Source of the DNA: Vicugna vicugna
Lineage: Eukaryota
NCBI GenBank assembly: GCA_013265495.1
Contig: MU057987.1
Location: forward strand, 124,001-188,000
Direction of reading: 5' to 3'
DNA: 64,000 nt
Every line of letters starts with the position of its first letter. The first letter of the stretch is position 1. Positions 26,391 through 37,851 of this stretch are shown here, piece after piece. A program made the translations under genes and the position numbers. The notes beneath the pieces were generated by a model. That model ran no database searches, had not been told where the DNA came from, and was given only the letters and a program-made list of their open reading frames with translations.

Positions 26391-27149
26391 TGTGGTTTGA
26401 ATCTCAAATTCAAGGTAAGATGCTTATTTGTACACCAGTGTTTTGAGCTTATTTTTTTATATTAAGAGTGAAAAATAATCTCCCTCCTTCTCCATCAATT
26501 CCAGCCTAGAAAACCAATATTTGGTCTTTTAAATTATTATCAATTAATACATGTTATCAATTGGTGCCAACTTCTAAAGGAAAGATGAATAGGGTCTTAA
26601 CCATGAGAAAAAAAAAAGCAACTTTTCTTTGGAATTCCTCTAACACGCATTTCATATGAACCAAATTGTTCAAAGTAAACATACTTTTCATCATTGCTTC
26701 AAGGCTAAGCCATACAAAATAGATTAATTGTCAAAGAAGAGAGAAAAATCAGGTAATTCAGGTTCCCAAAAGAGTTTTAGGAAATGAATTGCCTGTTCGG
26801 CATGTTGTATTGATCACTTAGCCACCATAATTAACAATCCTCTCATTTATATTATATTGAAAACTGAAGCTCAGAATTACACTGTCATTCATTTTTCTTA
26901 ATATTAATCATCAGTCATCATGAAATGCCTTTGTGTTGTCTTCTATTAAGTCAGAAATACCAGTTTCACTGACTTAATTGATCACCGTGGCTTCAAGACA
27001 TGGATTATGTAAGGGATCAGGGTACTCATGGGCTGCCTCTGGATATGAAGTCCAAATAAGGCGGGAAACTAGTCACATTATTTCTTTACCCTGAGACTGA
27101 GGGCATATTTTGGCCCTGCCATGACTATTATGCTTGAACTCATTCTCAA

Positions 27150-27360
27150 GGACGCAGCTTTAAAGTTAAGACAGTTTTGTGTTTAAGTTCCTGACTATGC
27201 TGTTTGCAAGCTTGAACAAGTTCCTTAGCTTCTCTAGAACTCAATTTCTCTACTAAAAACATCTACTTCAAGGCACTTATGTGAGAACTACACTCAAAAA
27301 TTCATACTGAAACATTTAACTCTATGCCTGACACATAGATCTACTTCAAAAATCAGCCAA
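27150..27360 (+). mobile_element. MIR
   Basis: CTTGAACAAGTTCCTTAGCTTCTCT...TGCCTGACACATAG. Confidence 0.65.
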
Positions 27361-28078
27361 ACAAATACCTTCTTAAGCAACTGAATATGCCCAGAACTGT
27401 GGAAACTTGTCTGGCTTCTTGACAGAATTCAGATACCCAGGAGCTATTCCAAAACCCAGTGCGGAAGAACTCAGGTCCTCCTGAGGATGTGTTAGAAATC
27501 TACGTTCAGGTCACATCTACAAGTTTAGCTGTAAGTCAGATGAGCTCTGACGTGGAGCTTCCTGAACCAGCAAGCACTCTTAAAGCTCCGAAGTGGCAAC
27601 AAGTGGTCTGGGAGTTGTTGCCGAAGGTCTATCTAAGCTACAGCTTTGCAGCACCAGGATCAATGAGAAGCCCTGGTTGAATAGATATCGTAAGGGTATC
27701 AGGTCGCTGCCTTGCATAACAAGTGGCTCCACTAGAAGTTAAAGCCTCCAAAACCCCTAACTGACCCTCCATTCCATCCAAAATTCAGGGAAGAGAGCCA
27801 AAGCTTCTGATTGAACAGCATCTGCTATGTGATTGATGGAAATGTCTGAGCATCCAACAGATGGACTCAGAATATCCCGGGGCTTAGCAATGTGTGCAAG
27901 TGACCACATACAAATTAGAAAGAGTTCAATTATTTTTCTGAGAAAGATGTGGCCTGATTATATTCTTAGCAAAAATGAACGTATTTGTTTTTATCCATCA
28001 CAGGAGCTCTCAGAACTCTCCTACAGTAGAAAAGTGTAGGGTCACGAAAAATACTCACTTTGTGTGTAGAAAAGTGAA

Positions 28079-28186
28079 TATATGTATGTATATGTGTGTG
28101 TGTGTATATATATATGTATATTATAATTACAATACAATACAATTACAATTACAATATTACAATATACAATATATGTATATTACAAT
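28079..28186. repeat. Compound (TG)n/(TA)n and (TACAA)n microsatellite
   Basis: Directly visible. Confidence 0.9.
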
Positions 28187-28489
28187 TTTCCATATCAGTA
28201 TCACCTTGTGTTATATTGATACTTTGGAAATTAAAAAAATAAACCTTATATCTAAATATCAGTATAATTAGGCTAGTGGTTTGTTTTATATCGGTGCCTA
28301 CTTGCTTTAATGATAACAGAGGAATCACAGTAAGAATAAAAACACAGGAAAAAACATTAAATGGTACAAGTACCTGATTCGCTTAAGAATGCAATGCGAC
28401 AGGTACATGTGGATTATAATACATACTGCCTTTCAATCTGCTTCAGTCCTTTGAAGCATTTAGCAAGCACAGCTGGAAGGAAGCTTAGC

Positions 28490-28620
28490 TCATCCAATTC
28501 AAGCTTTCCTTTTAGAGTTGAGAAAACTGACACCCAGAGAGGCTGTTACTTGCTTAAGGTAACCAAGTTCATTAACAACTTCCCTAGAAATAGAAATGCT
28601 TCTACAATATCCATCTCATC
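28490..28620 (-). mobile_element. MIR fragment
   Basis: TGAGAAAACTGACACCCAGAGAGG..ACTTGCTTAAGGTAAC. Confidence 0.75.
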
Positions 28621-29884
28621 AGGAACCACTTCCAATTCTGTAAACCATTGAATAATTTGAATAAAAGGTCTAGTGACTCAGAATACTCAAAAAAAAAAAC
28701 CTCCAAATTTCTAACTCATGCATCTTAGACACCAGAAAGGCTATTTTTATTTTTTGCTTTAAATGTTGTACGAACACTGGCACTTGATTTGGGTACTAAC
28801 TAAACACACCCTTTTTGTGTAACACACCATCATCCAAAGTGCCTATGATGTGACATGCTATTCCTCTTTACGTAGATAAATTCTCCATTTGGAGGATCTG
28901 TCTCCAAATTCTGTGTATCATAGAGTATTTATATGGAAACTTTTCATCTCTTTTACTTTTTCCATTTTACTTTGTAACTTTCTGGTTTAAAGTCACCCAT
29001 AAGCAATCTGTGTATCGTAAGATTTCCCAACTAGTAGGCTGAGCATTTTCTTCATAATAACAGTTCATTACTTACAAAATTAATAAATATTTATCTCACC
29101 CCTAGACTCCAAGCTTATCCAGGAAAACCAAATATTCCTTTACACCTTGCACAAAGCCCTGGCATGTAATTGGGTATCAATAAATATTTTTGGACGAATG
29201 AATGGAATAAAGACTAACGGCAATGTTAGCATCAGGGAAAAGATACAGAAACAGAGAAGTGATACTCTGCCACCAATCAAACGTCTAGAATGCTTTCCAG
29301 TGGCAGATGTGACATGTACGGAAACACCATATTTTTCTGTTGTCTTATTAAGAATATCTTGATGACAAAGAAATAGTTGAGACTTGATTAAATTTAATTG
29401 CTTAATAGTGTTTGTGTTTAAGTCCACCTTGCTCGAGGTGACACTTTTCTACCAGTTTTACTAGATGAAATTCAAATTCCTACACTTTCCTCCCAAAACA
29501 ATACAAAATAACTTCACAAGTTAAAAAAAAAAAACCCTATACATAACATAAACCTCCTCGTGACCTGAAAACAAAGACTGCTGAAACTTCAAAATAACTA
29601 CGAGTAGAAAGAGAACAAAAATAACAAAAGCCAGAACTCTAATCTCTCACATTTGTGCCCACTCCTGCCCAGCCTTGAAACTTTCCAGTAAGCAATGGTA
29701 GACAGAGAAAAGTGTCAAGAAAACAAAAGAAGGTTGCTAGCAAAGGGAGAGTGGGGATGGACATCAGAGAGATTAAATCAACACAAAATCTAAATTATGG
29801 GAAAAAAGCAACTAGGTAGATCAGAGCGCTCGCTACAGGAAAGAGATTTCAAAGTACACGTTTTAAAGAATCATGAGTAAACAG

Positions 29885-30055
29885 TGAACTCACACTGAAG
29901 GACATTTTACAAAATAGCTAATTGGTACTCTTTAAAAGAGACAAGATTATGAAAGATAAGAAAAACTAAAGAATGTCACAGACTGAAGAAGACTGAGAAG
30001 AAATAACAGGTAAATGCTTCTTTCACTGATGAATCCCTAGGACCTAGAATCTAAA
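29885..30055 (+). mobile_element. L1MC-type 3'UTR fragment
   Basis: GGACATTTTACAAAATAGCT...ACTCTTTAAAAG...CAGACTGAAGAAGACTGAGAAGAAATAACA. Confidence 0.65.
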
Positions 30056-31288
30056 ACAGTAATGAGTATGTAGAGCAATCAGTTTATGGGATTTCAAACA
30101 ATTAATGATTCACTCATTCATTAAAACTATAAGCAGAAATTGGAAAGACTATGCTTTGTAACTAACTCCACCTGGTACATCTTTAAAAAGTGGATATTTA
30201 GATACTGAGAGTAGCACGAAGTGCAATTTCCTTTTTTTAAAAAATGAACAAATATATCCAACCAGATATTTTATTATTTCATGCAGCTGCTATTGTGGGT
30301 TCCCGGGGAATATTCTGATAACCTCTTTAATAAGCTGTGCTCTGGACCACGCTACTAATTGAATTGCTTACAAGTAAAGCTAAGTGGCCATGATCAATGT
30401 CAAGGTCATTTTGCTGAATTTTATTTTATTGTTTACTTTTAGGTTTTTAAAAAAATTATTTTCTGAAGAAAAGACAAACTTTGTTATTTTTCTCAACCGA
30501 TCCATGAAAGCTGTTATTCCTTCCATGATCCCACAGGGATTTTTAATTGCTTCCATTAAACTTCTCAAAGGGGTTAGGAAATCAGGCGTTATGTACCTTT
30601 AACTGGCAGTGGCCAAACTTTTATTTTGCAACATCAGAGTAGCTGATAAATGTTCTAAATTAGTTGAGTAGTTTTTAATGAGAGCTTTTGCTTTTTTCCT
30701 TCCCTTTGCTGCTTTCATTTCTTCTTCTTTTTTTTTTTTTTTTAACTGGGTAATGGGTGTTGGTAACTTTGCCAGTTGACAACCCATTTCTAGCCTGCAA
30801 TCAAGCTTCTAAGCAGCCTTGTGTTTTGTTTTCTATTCGTGGTTGGTTGCCCGCTTTAACCTTATCAAAGCCATTAAATTTCTTCAAACTGTCAACCAGA
30901 GCCATGTCAGCGTCTTAAAGAAAGTCACCGCTGACAGGGCTCAGCAAAGCTGAGTTGATCCTTCACCCCTCGGGGCATTCCACCCCCCAGCCCGGGTGCT
31001 GCCCTGCCAGGCTTGATGTAAAGTTCAGCCCTTTTGCCTCGTTGTGGGGAAGGCAGCGTGGGCTCCACTACAGCAGCATTTTAAACTGTTTCTGTTTCCA
31101 CGTATAACACTTGTGCTTTCCTCTGGGCCTTGCAGGTGCCTGGGGAGTGACGTTTGAGGAAAGAGAGATCAAGGGATGGAAGTAAATCCAATATATTGTG
31201 TTTCCTGTGGCTCGAATGATAATCAGACCAAGTACAGTTTTCAATTCAAATGACATGGAGTGGTGTTATTCGAGAAGCGAGGAGTGCT

Positions 31289-31644
31289 GGGTTTGTTGTT
31301 TTGTTTTTTACTTTATTTAAAACTTTAAAAAATTGTTTAAGTATAGTTAATTTACAATGTTGTGTTAGTTTCACGTACCGCACAGGGATTCGGTCATACA
31401 TATGCACACATATACTCCTTTTCATATTCTTTCTCATTATAGGCTATTACAAAATATTAAATATAGTTCCCTGTGCTGTACAGTAGGACCTTGCTGTTTA
31501 CCTGTTTGATATATAGTAGTTAGTATCTGCAAATCCCCAGTTCTCAGCTTATCCCTCCCACCTCCTTTCTCCATAAGCAACCTTATGGTAACCAGAAGTT
31601 TGTTTCCTATGTCTGCGAATCTGTTTCTGTTTTGTAAAGAAGTT
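31289..31644 (-). mobile_element. 5'-truncated L1 3' end with perfect 12-bp TSD
   Basis: AAGTATAGTTAATTTACAATGTTGTGTTAGTTTC...; TSD GCGAGGAGTGCT at 31277-31288 and 31645-31656. Confidence 0.95.
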
Positions 31645-32139
31645 GCGAGGAGTGCTTTCTTATCAAACTCTCAGTATTTCTTCCATCCTTCTCCATCTTT
31701 GTTTCCCTTCTGTGAGTTTTTCTCTGGTCCATACTTCATCGTGCTTAAAAACCTATAAGCATAAGATGCTAGAAAGAATTCTTCAAAAAAACGTAGTTGC
31801 CTCAAACAGCTTCCTGACAGTCATGACGAGAAATTTTTATTAGTTTCTAGGATGTTCTAGGATTTGGGGAGAATATTTTAATTTCAGTAAGCAACCACAC
31901 TTGAAAGGAAAGTCATGACAAGCCTGTTCCACAGTGTGGTGTGTCCGACTGTCATGGAGTTCTTTAGAGAAGAAATCTTGTGCTATAAAATTTAACTTTA
32001 AAATCTTTGTTACTGGTTTGCTAGTATTTCTGCATACACATTTGCTTTTGAACTGATTATGCTAAATTTGTAGAGTAAAAAGGACCCTTGGGCTATCATA
32101 AGCCCTTTGGATAAAATCTAAACTTCTTTGAATTCCATA

Positions 32140-32330
32140 ATCATTTCTTGAGCATCTTCCGTGAATCAGGCATGGGTCTTACTGTTGAAATTATAAAGAT
32201 AAATCAGGTAGCTCTTGCACTCAAAGAGCTCACAGGGAAGTCAGAAGAGAGAGAATGAACAACTAACAAAAATGCCAAGTGCTCATCACTCTATGCGTGC
32301 AGGGCGGACGATGCAGTTTCCATGGATAGG
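32140..32330 (-). mobile_element. L2 3' fragment
   Basis: CATTTCTTGAGCATCTTC...CTTGCACTCAAAGAGCTCACAG. Confidence 0.7.
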
Positions 32331-32702
32331 GGACCATGTATCTCCACACCTTGAGAAGGAATCAACTCCGCACTCTGCTGCCGTGATGTAGCTGTTATAG
32401 AAGACTTCAAATTTGGTGTAATAAATGACACAGAATTAAAGCAATTTATCTAAAACCAAAAGCTTCTTGGTTGACCAAGTTGTGTGTAACATCCCACACA
32501 GGGATACCAAGAGCCTAGAAGGAAGACTGGAAGACCTCGGAAGTAATAAAGTGACCTTTATCCTTATTTCAACTAAATCCTACCCTAATTCCTGCTCTCC
32601 TATCAGCATACCACATATTTCCACTAAAAAATACCATGTCAATTTTCTGACTTCTGCTTTCGGGAATACTACTATAGTTTTATTTTCTCTCCCGTCTCCT
32701 TT

Positions 32703-32784
32703 TCTCTCCCTCTCTCTCTCTCTCTCCACACACACACACACACACGTATGTATGAATATATATAATACATCTTACATATATACA
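32703..32784. repeat. (CT)n(CA)n(TA)-like compound microsatellite
   Basis: Directly visible. Confidence 0.9.
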
Positions 32785-33729
32785 TGCGCCTGTGAGATTT
32801 TTCTCTTTAATTATCTAATAACTTTAATTTTAGAGCACCATACAGTTACTGACAGCTTTTAGCTTTCTTCCCGTCAATGTATTTAATTTCATAGATCCAT
32901 CACAGTTAATGACCTTCAAAATTGTGATGCTCAACCAATGGTTTAATGCTCAAAGGTCGAGACATACAGGCCTAACATGCAAGATAGTGATTGAAATGAC
33001 TTTCAACAGCCTTGTGCGTTCATATTTTCATCATTGAAGACTGCTGGATTACATAAATCATAGGAAGAAATAAAGACAAGCCCATGCATTAAAAAAAATC
33101 AAAGATATTAGACATTCTAAGAGTCTATGAAATTGCTGACTGGTAGAATTTTAAGTACAGTCTTCACTGCCAGTGATATATCCTTTCAGGAACCTTCATC
33201 TGATTTTATTTTTATTTTACAATCAAAAATAAAATTACTGTGTTCTCTCTGCAGCTATTCACAATACATATATGGCTATTATTGGGGATTCGGCAATGCT
33301 TTTGATTTGTTCTAGAATTTGCCAGAATGTTCCATGTGCTTTGCTCCCTCAGTATAACTTTTAATACTATTTCAGCCAAATGGAAACTTTGTTATCTGAA
33401 ATTTATATGAACTTTTCATGAACACCTGTTCAACTTTACCTAACCAAGAGCTGATCACTCAGTAAATCTTATTTACACATTTAACAGTATTCAGACATCA
33501 CTTCCCTAAAGGCTTTGCAACAATTTTGAAATAACCATTTCCCTTCTTTATGTGTCCTTGACAGGAAGCACAAAAGACACTAGAGTTTTCATGTAAAATT
33601 TGAATGAAAGGAGTGATTTAGCTCAGCATACAGCAGTCGCCCCTCAAAGTGAAACCTTCGGTTCACTGGATCTAAACACGGGGAGATCAGCAGGCTTGGA
33701 ATGCTTGTGATTTGGGCATTGAGGGAGGA

Positions 33730-33990
33730 AGAATATATTTTTTACACTTAGAAACTTAAATGCCAACAGTTTGGCTGAGGAAATTAAAAGGACTGAGAGT
33801 GAAGGCAGACAGACCAGTAAGGAGCCTACAGCAGTTGTCAGCCTAGAAATGATGAGGGTCTTGGCCGTAAAAATGAAGGAGAGATGATTTTTGCCAGGTA
33901 TTGAGAAGGATGACTCTTCAGGGCTTGGCAGATGACTGGAAATGGCTGCAGAGATGAATCCATCAGGGATGATGCCGGGACTCTGCTTCA
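33730..33990 (-). mobile_element. L2 fragment
   Basis: GGCAGACAGACCAGTAAGGAGCCTACAGCAG..GAAATGATGAGGGTCTTG. Confidence 0.75.
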
Positions 33991-35124
33991 AGGCTTCGCA
34001 CACGGCTAAGACTGGACTCATTACCTCTTCACAAATGCAGCTCCTCCTCCCGACTCCTGACACCTTCATCATCTCAGTTATAGAGGATCCATTTCCTCTC
34101 AAGTGGCCTTTTTGCAACACCCTCCTGCCTGGCATTCTTCCTTTAGTCCCCACCACCACCACCTTCATGTGTTGCTGTGATCCCTAAATTGGAAATAGAA
34201 TGCATCTCCAGCTGCTCTGTTCATATCACCATCATTTTCAGCCAGTGAGTTTGGAAAGTTTGGGATTAGACAACTAAAAAACAGATAGGAACACAAGCTC
34301 ACGTTAAATGGGTAATTAATTAATCATCATCCATCATACAGCTTTCAAAAGTATTTTCACAGCCATTTCCATATTTGATTGTTGTAACAACAACTCTCTG
34401 AAATAGGAATCCCTTTCCAGTGATGGATACGAGACTCAGAGATTTAACTCTCTGGCTGAAAAATCACGGAGCTATTAAATTTTAGTAACTTCCAGTAAAA
34501 AAAATTTAGTAACTTCCAACGTAGAAACTTGTAATCATTAAATAGTTCCTTCTTTTTACCTAAATTTAATTTCCCATATTAGAGGCAATAGGCTATGAGG
34601 GCTCAATATGCCAGGATTTGTGAGATTAATAACCAGACAGTATATGGATTTCTTCCCAAACATGTTCTGATCACACTATGAATTTGAGTCAGTTTCGAAC
34701 CTTTGTTTTTTATACGTGGCAAAATTTCTAGGGCACAATCTAAAAGCAGTTTTTTGATACTACCCTCTCATTGAGAATCAAGAGAATTCTCTGGGTTCCC
34801 CACTCTCTAAGTTGAGGTGACATCTGAAGTAGTTGGCGCCATCTCATGAATGGCCCAGCTGCTCACCTCTTCCCTGTGCCTACAGATCTCAGGCTAGTTG
34901 ATCCCTGGAAATAGTTCCAGCCTTCAAAGGCAGATCAAATTCCCAGAGAAGAAGAGGTTGGCTCAGTGTTAGATCCTTTCTCTCAAGCCATGACCCGTAG
35001 TGATCATCTGCTCCTTATTGCTTAGACCTTGAGCTTGAACTTCTCCTGCCTGCCTCCCTTCCCTGCAGACACACACCAGGGCCTCTGGTTCCATTTCTGA
35101 CCCTTCAACTCAAAGAACAGCTGC

Positions 35125-35545
35125 AGCACAGTGGGGCTTTCACTGGCTTTGATGTCAGAAGGTCCACATTCAAATCCTAGTCCTTCCTCATACAATCAGC
35201 ATGATCTTTAGCTAATAGTTATTGAGCCTTACTGACTATCACACTATTCTCACCATCTCACGTGCATCAACTCATTTATTTTTCACAGCATCAGTAGGGG
35301 CTAAGTATTGTGGTGATATTATTATCCCCATCGTAGCTCTACGGGTGACTTGCTCAAGCTGGTTAGTAGCAGAATTAGGACCGTCAGCAGCTCATTAATC
35401 CTAGGGCCACTTGCTTCTTCATTAGTAAAATGGGGATGACGGCACACTCCTGATACAGCTCTGCCTGAATTACACAAGAAACTGTGTGTGAAAATACGTA
35501 TTAAGCTCTACAAAGCTCTGTAATTCCCAATATTGTTATTATTGA
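35125..35545. mobile_element. Sense MIR interrupted by an antisense MIR (~35210-35392)
   Basis: 5' part TTCAAATCCTAGTCC; antisense ATTGAGCCTTACT...TATTATCCCCAT...GTGACTTGCTCAAG; 3' part GTAAAATGGGGATGAC. Confidence 0.7.
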
Positions 35546-36943
35546 CTGATGCCTTGATACCACACTTATCTGGATCCTAAATAACCTGTCTAACTCCGAT
35601 CTGTGGCTTTCTCAGACTTGCCTAGTTACTTTCATCTCGGGCAGCCACTTCCATTTGTAGCCTGCAGGTACATATGCTTTGGCGTCACCAGCAAGAGCCT
35701 CCCTCTAAACCAAACAATTTCCCCCACTTTACCTAGCCGGCCACTACGGGCATGCAGAACTGACAGAGTCCTTACATCAGGACTGTCCAAATGGCTCCAA
35801 ACGATAATTCCCATGACACAGACAAACTAGAAGCTTTCATACACTATTATCCTTATAAGTAGTAAAATTCCTATCAAAAATGTGTTCCACAGAGGACAGA
35901 ACCATCGCAGAGCCAATGAAAGCAGAAACAAGAAATTATAATTAAAGGCAGGCAAGGTGTGGCCAGCACAGTGTCATTTGACCTTATAGTTATGTCATGC
36001 TGTCCTCACTTTGAAAGAAGCATTAGATTTATAAATTGATCCAGGAGCGTGCGGTTCGTCTCAATGATTTTACTCTATGTTGGGCTGTGTGTCCCTCCGA
36101 TCCAGCCTTACATGTTTAGTAAACACTTTACCTGTTTGCAAACTGTGCTTTAAACCTTTGACTCTGTTCCACAAGACTGAGTTTCCAGACCAATAGGGTT
36201 TAAATGCAAATTTGGGAACGAATGTATTCTCTCCTGCTTTAAAGAGGAGGAGATCCATTATCTCACACAGCAAGGCTGCCGCAGCCCTGCAGCCCTGGTT
36301 CACAAGCTGCCGCTAAGATTCTGTCGGAGCACTGGATCCGCCATGTCGGCGACAGGCAGAACGGGTCTCCCGGCTCTGCCGTGGGTACAGCGTCCCTTCA
36401 CGGAGACTCCAGGGAGAAAGCCAGCAAGGCTTATAAGCCATCCTACAAGTTTCTTTCCAAGTTTGCCTGTCTGCATTCTTTCCTTGTAAAATTGTGCACC
36501 ATCATACACACAGAAGGAGACTAAAAGGACTGATTTGCCCAAAGCGTGTAATTGAAACCAGAACCCAAGTCTCCTGATGGTGATTCACAGTTCCTTACAG
36601 CGTACCAACACTATGGAAACTTAATCAACAAATACTCACTGAGCACTTCTTGTGCTCGCGTGTAGTATAAAACACGATCCTCAGTCAGAAGGACCTTACA
36701 CTCTATTTTTGAAACTAGATTTAAGGGTGGAAGGTTTAGGAACATACACACGTGTTATTGACTAGATGAAATACAAGGTTATCATAAGCGCGTATGGGAT
36801 TCATTTAAAGCCTTAGGTGTATGTGACAAGTTCTGTGCATTCAGATGAGGGTGTGATTTCTGGGTGAAAACAATCTGGAAGGTTTGGTCAACTGTCAAGT
36901 TTATACTATTTTAAATTTATACACGGATCAATCAAGTATTGGC

Positions 36944-37046
36944 AGAAAGGAAGGAAGAAGGGGAGGGAGGAAGGAAGGAAAAAAGGAAGAAGGGAAGGAG
37001 GAACAGAGTTAAGGACGAAGAGAGAGAGGAGGGAAGGAGGAAAGAG
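36944..37046. repeat. (GGAA)n-like purine tract
   Basis: About 100 bp, almost all A/G. Confidence 0.9.
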
Positions 37047-37719
37047 GCGCTATGATAGAAAAGTTGAAGTGAATAAATATATACCCATGTGGAAGCTTAA
37101 GTATTACCACTCTTACACTTTGTTTAATTATCATTGCCTGATCACCCTTCACCCTTAATTGCATTAGAGTCAGATGCAGAGGGAGACACATACATTCATC
37201 CTTATAACTAACATGTAACCACCCTAAGTGGATCCATTCTTCTTTGACAAAGTTTATGAGCCCTTGCATTCTATCAGGTTTCACATTTTTATTAGGCTCA
37301 TAAACTTTTCTCTATTCTTCAGGAAAATGGCAGTCACTCTAGAGGTAGGCCTGCCCTACCATATTTCTACATAAGCATGGGATAAGCATGGGTATGTCTG
37401 AATGTCCAGTGTACAGCTTGGACCTTCCTTCTATGACCATATTTACAACTGTGTGTGTCCATGTGTTTATGTGAGTGGTAACACACGCCAACCTGGCATG
37501 TAGAAACTTGCCACAAATTTTCTCTGAGTAAATAAATTCAGAATTTAACTTCCATATTTGCAAAAAGCATTAACATGTCAAGCCAATTGATAACTTGATT
37601 ATACTTCCATGGAATATAAGCTGTATTGGTATGGTTTTACACTGACAATTATTTAAAAGTCTTTTTTCTTGGCAACGTTGTTTAACTGGTATTCTTTTGT
37701 CATGCACACGAATAAGCAT

Positions 37720-37851
37720 TGGATGATATATAATTTATCACCCAAATCAAGACAACTTTTAGAGTTAAAGGGAGTACAAATAATTACATTGGGACAATCA
37801 GCATAAACCAGGTCTGTCATAAGCAAAGAGGATACTGCAGGTGGTCACTCA
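37720..37851. mobile_element. hAT-Blackjack MITE, MER94-like
   Basis: ATATAATTTATCA..CAAATCAAGACA..TTTTAGAGTTAAAGGG..GGGACAA..CATAAACCAGG..GGTCACTC. Confidence 0.75.

Noticed and set aside
26372..26414. 43-nt exon-like segment ending AAG|GTAAGA
   Set aside because: Acceptor is LTR-derived and the length is frame-shifting; no other support
27459..27680. Possible processed pseudogene or exon
   Set aside because: No recognisable parent protein, poly(A) tail or TSD
33644..34168. Longest ORF (174 aa, minus strand)
   Set aside because: Overlaps L2-derived sequence, no recognisable domain; expected by chance
37371..37392. ATAAGCATGGG x2 (also TAACCAAGATGA x2 at 40144-40167)
   Set aside because: Common slippage micro-duplications
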